Source of the DNA: Eledone cirrhosa
Lineage: Eukaryota
Direction of reading: 5' to 3'
Assembly (NCBI GenBank): GCA_964016885.1
Contig: OZ024745.1
Span: forward strand, 81,716,001-81,780,000
Length of the DNA: 64,000 bases
Shown here: in pieces, positions 50,828 through 63,196 of the stretch
Layout: every line of letters begins with the position of its first letter
How positions within the stretch are numbered: the first letter of the stretch is position 1
Position numbers and translations under genes: made by a program
The notes under the pieces: model-generated
The model's input: the letters and a program-made list of their open reading frames with translations, nothing else
Told to the model about the DNA's origin: nothing
The model's database searches: none

Positions 50828-52170
50828 CTACTTCTCTGTTACTGAGTACCGCCAAAGGTCTCGGTCCAGTGACATTGTCTTGGAGAGGTGTAAGTGTGTG
50901 AGGTCGGAGTTTATCAGCTCGTCCCAGGTTTTTCTAGGTCTGCCTATTCCGTGGCTACCGTCTATCTTTATTGCCCTGCACTTTGTTATACAGCTATCGA
51001 CTTTCATGCGCATCACGTGTCCATACCAACGTAGCCTTCTCTCGAGTAAACAACATCTGATCCCTCTTATCTCTAATTTTTTCCTTAGTTCGTTTATGCT
51101 TTGCCGTTCACGTATATTACTGTTACACATCCAGCGGAGCATGCAAGCTTCGTTCCTCTCTAGTCTGCGTATATCCTCTGCACACAATGCCCAGGTCTCA
51201 CTGCCATGCAACATTGCTGTTCGTATGCAGGCATCGTACAACCTGCCTTTCATTTTTAGGGAGAACCCTTTAGCAGCTAATAGTGGTATAAGCTCTCTGA
51301 ACTTTTTCCAACCAGTTCTGACTCTAGCTACAGTACTTTCAGAGCACCCTCCCCCACTGCTGATTTTATCGCCCAGGTAACGGAAGCTGTCCACTATTTC
51401 TATAGAACCCTCTGCGCAATTGAAAGAGCTAGTATTTTGTGGACACTTGCTGCTACTTATTGCACCAGAACATCGGCCACATGTAAAATCTATGTTCTTA
51501 GTTAGCTTACCTGTGATCCCACTACATCTTTTATGCACCCATACTTTGCATTTAGGACATAAAATGGAGTTTCTACCTACGCCTTTCCTACACACCGAGC
51601 ACGACCATTTCCCAGAAGGGACCGCCGCCTTGTTTTCTTTCCTACAAACTAGAACTTTGGTCTTAGCCAGGTTAATTTTAAGTCCTTTTGACTCTAGGCC
51701 GTGCTTCCATGTTTGGAATTTCTTCTCTAGCTCGGCCATTGATTCCGCTATGAGTGTCAGGTCGTCTGCGTATAGGAGTTCCCACGGGCAGCCTGTCTTG
51801 AACTCCTCTGTTATAGCCTGAAGGGCAATAATAAATAGTAGGGGGCTGAGAACAGAGCCCTGATGGACGCCAACTTTTACGCTAAACTCTTGACTATATT
51901 CGTTGTTAATTCTAACCTTGCTGACTGTTTCTTTATACATGGCTTGTATAGCCCTCACAAGCCATTCGTCAACGCCTAGTTTTCTAAGAGCCCACCAGAT
52001 AATGGAGCGGGGGACTCTGTCGAAGGCGTTCTCCAGGTCGACAAAAGCTAAGTAGAGGGGCATCTGTAGTACTTTTCCCAGGCATGAAACCAAACAGCAT
52101 CTCGTCTAATTTGACTTTTTCTCTAATTAGTTGTGCTATAACTCTTTCCATCACTTTCATAACTTTCTCT
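50828..52170 (-). mobile_element. RTE LINE fragment with a ~410-codon uninterrupted RT reading frame
   Basis: ORF 50828-52093: AFVDLENAFDRV, GVHQGSVLSPLLF, LLYADDL, C4HC3 finger, FRYLG, LRWYGHV, GRPRKTW. The 5' region and 3' tail are missing, and there is a small deletion near 52060. Confidence 0.95.
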
Positions 52171-53315
52171 ATTAGTTGCTCCTTTCTAAAGCATCATCTT
52201 TGCCCTTGTAGGAATTATATATATATATATTCTAATCTAATCTTTGAAAACTGTCTCTTATTCCCAAGAAGCGCAGTCACTCTGACCCTGCTAATTGGTG
52301 TCCTGACGAACTAATTTCCAAAATCTCAAAGGTGGTGGAGAGAGTCATTAACAACAATCTTCTCTAACACCTTCAATAACTGCCAGTATAACTATTGTAA
52401 AGCTATCTCTTTTCACAGTAAAAAGACACATTCAGTGCACATGTCAAGAAAACATTACTATTTACCAACTCATTTAATCCTTTTGTTACCATATTTCTAA
52501 TGAAATATGCTCTCTAGTGTTGGTATCATGATAAAATGCACTTGATAGAGTGCAAGACAGTATGTAAGAGAGATGTAGGTTCCATGCACATCTGAGAGAG
52601 TTCAGTAGCCCTGTTTGAGTACTTACTTGGTCTGTGGAGACCTGACAAATCCTTGTTAATAGGGAAAACGGATGTTGAATGAATGATGATGGTGGTGGTG
52701 GTAGTGGTGGTGGTGGCGGCGATGGTGGCGGCGATGATGATGATGATGGTGGGGGTGTGTGTGTTTATTTATATAAAATCTTCAAAATTGATTTCATCTA
52801 TTGAATTAAACTTTTTATTTTATTTTAGAAAAATGAAGAAACATTGTTTATTTGCTCCTATTTTCCAGTATTGTTGGGTGGGTGTGAAATTTATATAGGT
52901 AGTAATTTATTTCTCAAGTGTTAGTTTGCCACCCAAAATGAAAACTCCCTTCTCCTGCTTTTGTAAGGAGGGGGTGTTTCACTAGCCATATGATACCCAC
53001 CCCTATAAGAAATAAGGAGTGGGTGTTTCACTAGCCAAAAGATATCCCTATTGGAAATAACTCTCCTCTGTTCAATTTAGACAGATTAGTGCTTATGACT
53101 GCTGCTGCTTTCACTTAGCTGTCTGCTAACTTGTGATTGTACTACTACTGCTGCCAACACCACCACCACCCCTGCTGCTACAACCACTACCACCATTGCT
53201 GTTGCTACTTTTACTACTGCTGTTACCATTACCAACTTTTCTAGGTGTGCTAGTGGGAGAATAAATAAGTTTTCTATGAGTCACTATTGCAATAGTTCCC
53301 TCCAAACATCATCTT

Positions 53316-53317
<2 letters not shown>

Positions 53318-53368
<51 letters not shown>

Positions 53369-53380
53369 TCTCTCTCTCTC
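53318..53380. repeat. (CT)n microsatellite
   Basis: Near-perfect CT run. Confidence 0.95.
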
Positions 53381-54134
53381 AGATAGTGAAACAAATAAGT
53401 GACTTGGGTCCATTTCCCCTCTCTTTACATAGCATGTTTCTTGCGCTTACAATGAATATATATATATATATTTGTGCTAAATCTCTGAATAGTGGTAGTA
53501 GAAATTGTTTTCTACTAAGCATGGCTGGAGAAATTCTACAGCCACCAAATGATACTTAAAATACTTCCACTGATTATTGTAGTAGTGGTGATAGAATGAA
53601 AATCTAGCAGCAGTAACATTGCAGGATTTTGAAATAAGATTATCAAATCTATTTTACTGCATTCTAGTTAAAACTAGATTTTGAAAAATGTTACCTAATT
53701 TCTTTAAATCTATCTCTCGCTTTTATGAATAAAAATTCTTAAAGTTTTGAGTATCTTACTTTTTTTTTTATAAACAAATATTTTTTAGGATAAAACTTAT
53801 TTAAATTTATCAATCCAGGGGCAAATATTTTACATTCAAGTGTCTCTGCCTGTAAAAGTACTTCATTTTTAGTTATTAATGATAATATTGGCCAAGTTTG
53901 GTACTTTTAGGGGAAAACAACCACCTAATCAGAGTTGAATTATGAGGCAATTTTGAAACAAACTAAACTATATTATAAAACATTTAAAACAACTATTATC
54001 CTGACTAAATATTTTTCTTCGGCAAAAACAAACAAAAACAAAACAAAAAATGAATCACTTTTTTGTCATGTGTTGTTAAAAAGCCTAGTACATGTATTCC
54101 ATTGAAATAGTTTTTGAGCAAACAATATTAACAA

Positions 54135-54422
54135 GTGAAGGCACATAGCCTTGTGGCTAGACTGTTGGACTTAAAATCATAACGTCGTGAGCTTGATTCC
54201 TGGACTGGCTTGTGTGTTGTGTTCTACAGCAAAACTTCATTTCATATTGCTCCAATACACTCAGCTGAAAATGAGTTCAGCAGTTGTTGGGGTCTAATGT
54301 GTAATGGACTGGCGTTCTGTCCAGGGGGCTGTGGAGTCTTGTACTCTCAGTTGCTTAACACCTAGGAAACCGGAATAAGCATTGGCTTAATGAGCCTCTG
54401 GGCTTGAGACAGACTTTACTTT
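54135..54422 (+). mobile_element. Family-C SINE, full length, diverged
   Basis: tRNA-like head, CORE-like middle, then atggactggcgttctgtccagggg and gaaaccgg..gagcctctgggcttgagacagactttactt. Confidence 0.75.
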
Positions 54423-57400
54423 ATTAATACACTAAAAAAAAAAAGAAATGAGAAAGCATTTTAATTGTTAAGATTTGCTCCCTTCCAAACCCTCTTTGGG
54501 GTCTCAGGATACGCAATCTTTGTGTGCCCATCACATGCCTCCCAAGACAGGTCACAGGCCCATTGCCAGTTTTTCAGCATTAAATAGAAACTGCGATATC
54601 TTTTTTGAACAGTACACCTTTACTTAAGGCCTGAATTCACCCCTTGTTAACCCATGTGAAGGACGATGCGGTATGGTTCTTTTTCATACGTCTCACCATA
54701 TTGCAATTTTGGTGGTATTATTCGCACCAGTCACCAATCCGGTACTTTCTCAAACCTACAAAGACTAGGCTTTTTTTAGAGGTGGTTTTTACTTGTCTTA
54801 TCATAGTTACACGACGGGGTTGTGAGAGTTTTCTTGGGAGCTGCAAGTGTCACTCATTACTCCATCCCTCTTAGTATATTGAAAAAATACTCACAAATTC
54901 CAGTTTTAAGAAGAGCATTCAGTTGTACTACTTTGTATTCCTTTAACTGTTGCTCTTGTTGTTTGGTTCTGATTGAGTGGACTTATGATGAAAACTATTC
55001 CAACAATAATCATCTTGCTTTTTTTAAAACTGTGTTGTCATGCATTTAAGACACGTCTGTACAATATATTCTTAGATATCATTTTTAAATTGGCACATTT
55101 CTGTGTATTTAATGAATCTCTTTCACCAAGTATTATAGTATGTAATAATCACTGGGGTATTAAATTTTGTATTGTTAACTAACTCTAATTGATTACAGCT
55201 TCTTTAGAGTGTAAAGTGGTTGGTAATAGAAAGGACATCCAACTGTAGGAAACTTGTTAAAGTGTTGAGATGACGCTTCAGTTGTATCAAGGACTTGACA
55301 ACCTGCCTAGTACAGGGGTGTAAGCCAGACACAAGCCTGTTGGAGAAGTCAATAGCACTGATTAAGTACTGACTTTATGTGATGACCTGTACAACTAATG
55401 CCAGCATGGAAAATCAGATGTTAGATGATGATTATATTGATAAGGACAAAATCAATATTGTTAAATCTTATTTTACTCCTCCCTTTCTTCATACATTGGT
55501 CTTTTGGTGATTTACACAATGTGACCCCCCCCCCCCCCCCCATTTCAATATAGTATATTTATTTTTTACTTATTTTTTCTTAAGATAATTTGTGGTTTTA
55601 ACCTGGCTGTTTTCAGATTAGTTACACTTTTCTTTTTATTACCTGTTGCTACATTGGTTTTGAGTGTGTTTATCCTGTAACCAGAACTAAAACATGAGTA
55701 ACAGTGTTCTCTAATTAATGTCACTGATACTAATTAATTTCTTCTACTGGATAGTTTCTTAATATTTGAAATTAATTCAAATAATCTTGTTAATTTCAAA
55801 ACCAAAACCAAAAAATAAATCTAAAATAGTTTTGTTACTTAGGAATTTAGTACATGATTAGAATTTGTAAGTATTTAGTTTAGAAATTTTGTATGAAAGC
55901 AAGCGATATAAACACTGTGGGAAGTGAGTGTACAACAGCAAATCTTTTTGATTCCAAAGATTTCTGAGAGAAGTACGAGTATCACAGTATATTATTTCCT
56001 CTTTTAATTCCTGGTGCCAAGTCAAAAGAAATAAATGTTGTTGATGGGGGTTAACTCTTGAGGTAAATGACAATTTAACCCTTTCATTACCATATTTATT
56101 ACGAAAGTCACTGCATATGATTTTCTAATGAATTTTGAAAATATTCAAGAATTTGGAGGGAGTTAGTAATATTAAGCTAGTGTTTGGAGCATACATTCAC
56201 ATAGGTTGTTAGACAGAATTATGATGGAAGGTTTTTAGATAAATCTAAATACTTCAAAATAATCAGTTCAGTATTTTAGAGTTCTTCAATATTATCAGCT
56301 CTATGCATGATGAAGCCTCTGGGACCACTGACCAGGATAAGTCCCATTGAGCAAGAGCAATAGATAGAGATCATAGAACCAGGTGGAGCTTCGATAGGGT
56401 TGTTTATAATCTTTTGATATTGAAAAACTGGCAATTCCACATTCATGCTCTGTCAGATTTGTCAATTAACAACTAATTCCTCATTTCTGGATTTATATCC
56501 TTTTCTGGGCATTACATTGTGATCATGGTCAAAGCATGTAGCTGTTTGCTTGTAAAATCTGTAGGGTGTTGGTTTGAATGCTTTGTATGTATTTAGTTAT
56601 CTTTTTATATCTTAAGTTCAGTTATTACTTGAGTCAACTTTGCCTTTCATCTTCACAGGTTCAGCAAATTGGTAGTCATTAGAGTATTGGACAACATATT
56701 TAATTGTAGTCCCTCTTGCTCACTGCACTCTGAATTCAAATTCTGCCAAAGTCAAGTTTGCTATTCATCCCTTTATATCAATAAAGTATCAGTTCAGACT
56801 GGAGAATTACTAGAATTCTTAGAGCATTGGCTTGCAGTGTCTGTTCTGGCTATTTGCATTCTGGGTTCCAGCCCTGCGTCTCGTTACCAGAAAAATGGTG
56901 GTGTAACAGGACTTTGCTGTCTGTTATTAAAACACCCAAGAAACCACCCATGCGATGCAACCTGATTTGATGTTGTTTGAGATGACCACTCAGATGTCGG
57001 ACATGACAACCTCTCTAGTGTTGGTGCCATGATATAATGCACTTGGTAGAAGGTGGGAACTGTATGTAAGCGAGAAGCAGACTGCTGGCCTGTCTGGGAA
57101 GCCAGTACTGCTTCATTCTGTGAAGACCCATCCAACCCTTGCTAGCAGGGAAAGTGGATGTTAAATGTGAGCTGTACTAACAAGTATTGTGGTTGATTTA
57201 ATCAACTTATATCTCATAATGATGGTAATGTTTGCTATTGTAAATGGACCTACAGTGTGACTTAGGGTTTCTTAGAGAATCCTGTCATCTGCCTAGTTTT
57301 CATTTTAAACACAATCCTTTTTTCCAATGAGGTGTTTCTTATTCACATATTTTGTTTGTAATACATTTGCCATTTACATCCATCAGCTCTCTCATTTCAA

Positions 57401-59068
57401 TTACACTTTTACGTTACTTGTCCAGCTTTCCTAAGTCCTATATACTTCAATATGAAGTCCTCTCTTTCATACTTCTAACTCCTCCCGTATTGTTTACTAA
57501 CAGAATTAACTCTGAACTTTTTTAGCCCAGCCTGTTTTCTTTTTTTTTTGTCTATTTCTTTTATTTTCACCTTACAACCACCTCCACTACTATACTTTAT
57601 AGGTAGCAGAAACTCTATTATACCTAGTGACATGTAAACAGTTTATAGACAGCATTTCAAAAGGGTTCCACCGTTGCTAACCACTCCTCAATAACTGATA
57701 CATCTAAAGTCCTGGTTCATTGCCAATATGCTAGATATCCAATTGCATTAGCCAAGTAGTTTTCCAGAAGGCACTGGAATCTTTTACCTATAGCTAATTC
57801 CTGCTTTTGTCTTTTTAAACTTTTGACTTCAAATGACTTTTCCAGATTTAAAAATTCTGAAATTTTCTTTTGATAGATTTTTTTTATGAAATGGAGAGAG
57901 CCTTGTTAAACACCTACCTGTTCACCTAAACCTCACTCCATGAAAGAGTTGTTTGGGTGTAGCTATAAACAACGTTGGATTAACCTTGCAGCAAGAATAA
58001 CATTTTTAGGAGGTTCATTCTAAGTGCTTTATACTATAGTAATATTCTGCTAAAACATTATTTCTCTATAGGACATAGTGTTACAAACTGTTACTTTGAA
58101 AATGTAGTAAAGTAAATTTGAAGTATCATTATTTCCAAATCCGGGTATACCATTTTCCACGATTTATAGATACATTATTTCAAGAGAGAGACATTTTAAA
58201 GAAATGTTATTCCACTACAAGATATAGCATTAATCTTTAGCATGCTAAATTCTTTTTATGAATTGCTTCCTTGACAGTGCATTGTTTTAAGGGGAGATTA
58301 CTCTACCAGTGACGTGAAGCACCTAGAGTGCTCAGAAGGTTAAATATTGTTGCTATGAAAATAAAATAAATTTTATTTCAATACTGGACATACCATATTC
58401 CAGGATTTAAAGACACATTATTTCAATAATTTAAAGACATGGTTTTTAAAATAGTTATGGTGAAGGAAATACAAGTCCTACTGGGTGGGTCCTCCAGGTG
58501 GTGGACAGGGGAATGGCCTCGCCGAGGTTAGTTGCAAATATGGAAATAAGCACTCCCAGACCAAACTACTTTCAAAATCAGGAAAGAGTTAATGATGCCT
58601 ATATAGACGTATGCGAAAACAACCATGCATACACAAACAGCTTCTTCATAATTCCCATCTACCAAATAATTCACTTACAAGGTATTGGTTGGAGAGACTT
58701 GACTGGCATTATGACTCTTACGAGGTCGATAAAATAAAGTACCAGTAATGTACACTTGGTAATTGCTGGCCTTGTGCCAAAAATAGAAACAATTATGACT
58801 ATTAAATAAGTGAAACATTAAACTTGATGCATTATGTTATTTCGTTTATGGCCTCATTGTGTTAAGTTTTAAAATGTTAGTTGTACTTTGCTACTCCTGA
58901 CCCCTCCCCCTCAGTGTCCATAAAATACTGATTCAACTGATATCACATCCTCCCACCACCTACACTATTATGGAGTCAAAGGAATTTATTTTTATTTTCA
59001 TTTTGTTTGCTTTAATATTTCCCTTGAATTAATTTTCATGAGCACAAATTGATAAAATACATTTTCAG

Positions 59069-59641
59069 ACTGTAAACTAATGGACCAAGTTATGAAAGTG
59101 ACGGAAAGAGTTATAGCAGGACTAATTAGGGAAAGTCAAATTAGATGAGATGCAGTTTTGTTTTATGCCTGGGAAAAGTACTACAGATGCCCTCTTCTTG
59201 GTGAGGCAACTACAAGAGAAGTTCCTAGCCCCCAAAAATCCCACTATATTTAGCTTTTGTTGATCTAGAGAAGGCCTTTGACAGAGTACTCAGATCTATT
59301 ATCTGGTGGTCTTAAGGAAATTAGATGTAGAAGAATGGCTTATGAGAGCAGTGCAAGCTATGTACAGAGGAGCTGTCAGCAGAGTGAGAGTAGGAAATGA
59401 GTTTAGTGAGGAATTCAAGTGTCAGGTGGGAGTTCATCAAGGTTCGGTTCCTAGCCCACAGCTGTTCATCATAGTTCTCCAGGCCATAATAGAGGAACTT
59501 AAAACTGGCTGTTCATGAGAAATTCTTTATGCAGATGATTTGGTCCTTATAACCGAATCCATAAAAGAACTAGAAAATAAATTCCAACTATGGAAACGGA
59601 ATTTAGAATCAAAAGGTCTAAGAGTAAACCTAGCCAAAACT
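59069..59641 (+). mobile_element. RTE LINE RT fragment
   Basis: KLMDQVMKV, AFVDLEKAFDRV, GVHQGSV and LYADDL, with frameshifts. Confidence 0.9.
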
Positions 59642-60002
59642 AATGATGATTCTTCATAATGTTGACCAATCAACTGAGAATTGTGTTAATGGGAAGGATT
59701 TGCTTAACTTAGATGGGTCTGCTCATCGTTTAACGTCCATTTTCTAAGCTAGCATGGGTAGAACTATATCACCTATGCAGACAAGTATTAGTATTATGCT
59801 TCAGCATTTAAGTAGCAATTGGTATAGTATTTCTTTCAAAAATACACTTTTTACTCCTTCCCTTCTCACCCCCATCCAGCCCTTCACTAACCACTATGTG
59901 CACTCCTTCCCCAGAAAGTCAACTATCACCTACATTTTCCCTGCAATCAGCACTTTGCAGATGTTGAAACTAAACATAAACTAAATTTCAAATGTTTCGA
60001 AG

Positions 60003-60322
60003 GTCAAACAATGTGTATGATATTAAACGTAGTCTAAAAAAAAACTTTCATCAGTGAATATAAGATCTGTTTTGTCATTTCCTGCCAAGAACTTAGCATT
60101 GGTTAATGGACGAAATTTGAAAAAGCATAAGCTTTATTTGAAGTCATCCTAAAAATTGTAAGGATATATTTTTCAAATTTTGACTTTTAACCAATGCTAA
60201 AAAGAGTTCCTGGCATGAAATAACAAAACAGATGTTATATTCACTGATGAAAGTCTTATAGACTGAACAATTTATGAATAAAACTCTACGTTTAATTTTC
60301 TATGCATTATTTGACTCCCTGT
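60003..60322. mobile_element. Fold-back MITE-like element with ~100-bp imperfect inverted arms
   Basis: Left gtcaaacaatg..actttcatcagtgaatataagatctgttttgt..ttagcattggttaa pairs with right ttaaccaatgctaa..acaaaacagatgttatattcactgatgaaagt..cattatttgac. Confidence 0.8.
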
Positions 60323-61000
60323 CCATTTAATATTATTATATTAACATAATGCTTTCAAAAATTGCCTTAAAACTCAATAATATATATCAAAACATAAACT
60401 GCACAAATCTTACCAGTCTTGCTGGGACCCCTTAAATGTCATTGACTCTGGCTGTGTCACTTAGAAGCTAAAAATAATCAAACTTCCTATCTTGTTCCAT
60501 TACTAATTAAGGTTTTTTAAATTTATTTTAAATTTTACATTGATTTCTCTATGCGAAAGATATCTGCTCTGTAAGCTGTAGTGAATGCAACCAACCAGTC
60601 TAGGAGAGCTGTCACTTTGAATAAAAACTGATAGTCTGGTCAAACAACCTCTCTAGTGCTGGTGGAATGAAGAATGCACCCCATCTACACTGTAAAGTGG
60701 TTGATAATAGGAAGGGTATCTAGCCAGAAAATACAACTTTGCCAAAATATGAGAAGCACAACATATGACTCACACTAATTGTGTATAGTCCAACCCATGC
60801 AAGCATGGAAAAGCATGATGATGATCCTCGATATTTTTACATCCTGGCCCTTCCTACTGTTAAGCAGTAAGTCATATACCAGAATGTTACAATCTGTGTG
60901 GAAAGTAAAGTTTAAACTTGTGCTTATATATTCATCAGTCCAAGATTATAATCTCATAGCTGCTCATTAAAATTGGAAAATATTCAGTAATTTATAAATG

Positions 61001-61041
61001 GATGCTGAATTAACTTAAACCCTTTAAGTTAATTCAGCATC
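61001..61041. repeat. Perfect palindrome, 19-bp arms, 3-nt loop
   Basis: gatgctgaattaacttaaa-ccc-tttaagttaattcagcatc. Confidence 0.95.
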
Positions 61042-62899
61042 AGTGCAAATCAGGATGTTGTTGGAGATAAATGTGTCCGGAATGATGCCGGTGTACTTAG
61101 TGTCACGAATGATCAAAAAAAGGAGGCCTGGAAATGTCACTATGAGGGACTGATAAATGTGGAGAATGAATGGGACAGAGAGAAATTACCCCCAGTAGAC
61201 CCAACAGAGGGACCAGCTATTGAGATTGACGAATATAGGGTACAAGAGGCAATTAAAGAAATGAAGAATGGTAAGGCTGCTGGACTGTTGGGGATAGTTG
61301 CTGAGATGCTGAAGGCATCAGGTGAAGTAGGCATTAAACTGGTTGCACGCATCATCAATCAAGTTATATCTGGTGGTGTTATACCCAAAGACCAGTGCAG
61401 TAGTATTCTCATAAATTACTACAAAGGTAAAGGGAATGCTCTAGAGAGGAGCAATTATAGGGCCATAAAGCTGATGGATCAGGTTATGAAAGTGGCAGAG
61501 AGAATATTAGCGCAACTGATTAGAGAAAGGGTCAATTTAGATGAGATGCAGTTTGGTTTTGTGTCTTCGAAAAGTACAACAGATGCCCTCTTCTTAGTGA
61601 GGCAACTACAAGAGAGGTTCTTAGAGAAGAATAATCCACTATACTTAGCTTTTGTTGACTTAAAGAAGGCCTTTGATAGGGTACCCCGATCTGTCATCTG
61701 GTGGTCCCTAAGGAAACTTGGTGTAGAGGAATGGCTTATGAGGACAGTGCAAGTTATGTACAGGGGTGCTGTCAGTAAAGTGAGAATATGAATGGAGTTT
61801 AGTGAGGAATTCCAGATACAAGTAGGTGTACATCAAGGTTCAGTCCTCAGCCCACTCTTGTTCATTATAGTCCTCCAAGCCATAACAGAGGAGTTTAATA
61901 CTGGATGCCCATGGGAACTTCTCTATGCTGATGATCTGATTCTTATAGCAGAATCAATAGAGGAGCTAGAGAATAAATTCTGGCTATGGAAACAGCAGTT
62001 GGAATCAAGAGGCCTTAGAGTGAACATAGCTAAAACAAAAGTGTTGATAAGTAGATGATGACAGTACTCTGATTCCATCAGGGAAATGGCCTTGTTCGAT
62101 ATGTAGGAAAGGAACTGGCATAAATTCCATAAAATGTACGCAATGCAGATCTTGTGTACACAAGATATAGTGGGATAGCAAGCAAACTAACAGGTAGGGA
62201 AAACTATGTATGCAGTAAATGTACAGGGAAAGTTGGCAGTAGTAATCACTATGATAGACTCATTTTTCCAATGCAGGTGGGTTTTACAGAAGTGGTTGAT
62301 AGCTTCCGGTACCTAGGTGATCAGATTAGCGGGGGGGGGGGGGGGGGGTTCCGGGGGCCATAGTATCTAGAATGACGGGTTGGAAGAACTTTAGGGAGCT
62401 GCTTCGTCTGTTGACAAAGAAGGGTTTCTCCCTGCGTACGAAAGGACGGTTATATGATGCCTGTGTGAGATGCGTGATGCTACATGGTAGGAAACATGGA
62501 CAGCAACTGCAGAAGATATGCGATGGCTGGAGAGAAATGAAGCAAGTATGTCCTGTTGGATGTGCAATGTCAATGTGCGTGAACGACCAAGCATAGATGA
62601 GTTGAAAAAGAAACTGGGTATAAGAGGGATAAGTTGTGGTGTGCAGGAGAGAAGGCTGAGATGGTATGGACATGTGATGTGCATGGAGGATGACCACTGG
62701 GTGAAGAAGTGCCAGGAAGTCCCAGTGGAGGGAAGACGCAGTAGAGGTAGACCACAAAAAACATGGGCGGAGGTGGTGAGAGCAGACCTCAGATCGCTGA
62801 AACTCACGGTGGAGATGATGAAGGACCGTGACAAGTGGAGAGATGCTGTGCTGAATAGGACCTGTCCAAGCAGGGAAAAGCGGACGTAAAATGATGATA
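61042..62899 (+). mobile_element. 5'-truncated RTE LINE covering the whole RT and 3' tail (pseudogenised)
   Basis: ORF pieces at 61159-61791, 61792-62058 and 62518-62889: KMKNGKAAG-like, NYRAIKL, QFGF, YADDL, finger, FRYLG, WYGHV. Tail CAGGGAAAAGCGGACGTAAAATGATGAT. Same subfamily as the 44553 copy. Confidence 0.95.
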
Positions 62900-63044
62900 T
62901 ATATATATATAACAAAGGAAGTGTGGTAAGAAACCAGATGGACCATAACACACCAGAGTACTCAATACTTAGGGTAGTAGAGTGGGTAATAGGAAAATAT
63001 TAAACCCCGACGGCAGAGCTCAAGCCATTGTTTTAACATTTTCC

Positions 63045-63195
63045 TATATATATTATGTGTGTGTCTATATATATATATTATATATTGTGTGTGTGTGTGT
63101 CTATATATATATTATGTGTGTCTGTGTGTCTATATATGTTATATATTATGTGTGTGTCTATATATGTTATATATTATGTGTGTGTCTATATATAT
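63045..63195. repeat. Compound TA/TG minisatellite
   Basis: Repeats of atatattatgtgtgtgtctatatat. Confidence 0.9.
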
Positions 63196-63196
63196 T

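Noticed and set aside
50802-51821. Long plus-strand ORFs (192 and 133 aa), and similar ones at 45177-45868 and 62326-62951
   Set aside because: They are antisense shadows of RTE coding sequence with no independent protein features.
50828-52093. Functional or domesticated RT gene (421-aa ORF)
   Set aside because: The N-terminus is created by a deletion and frameshift, the endonuclease and 3' tail are missing, and there is no splice or promoter evidence. It is best explained as a young truncated copy.
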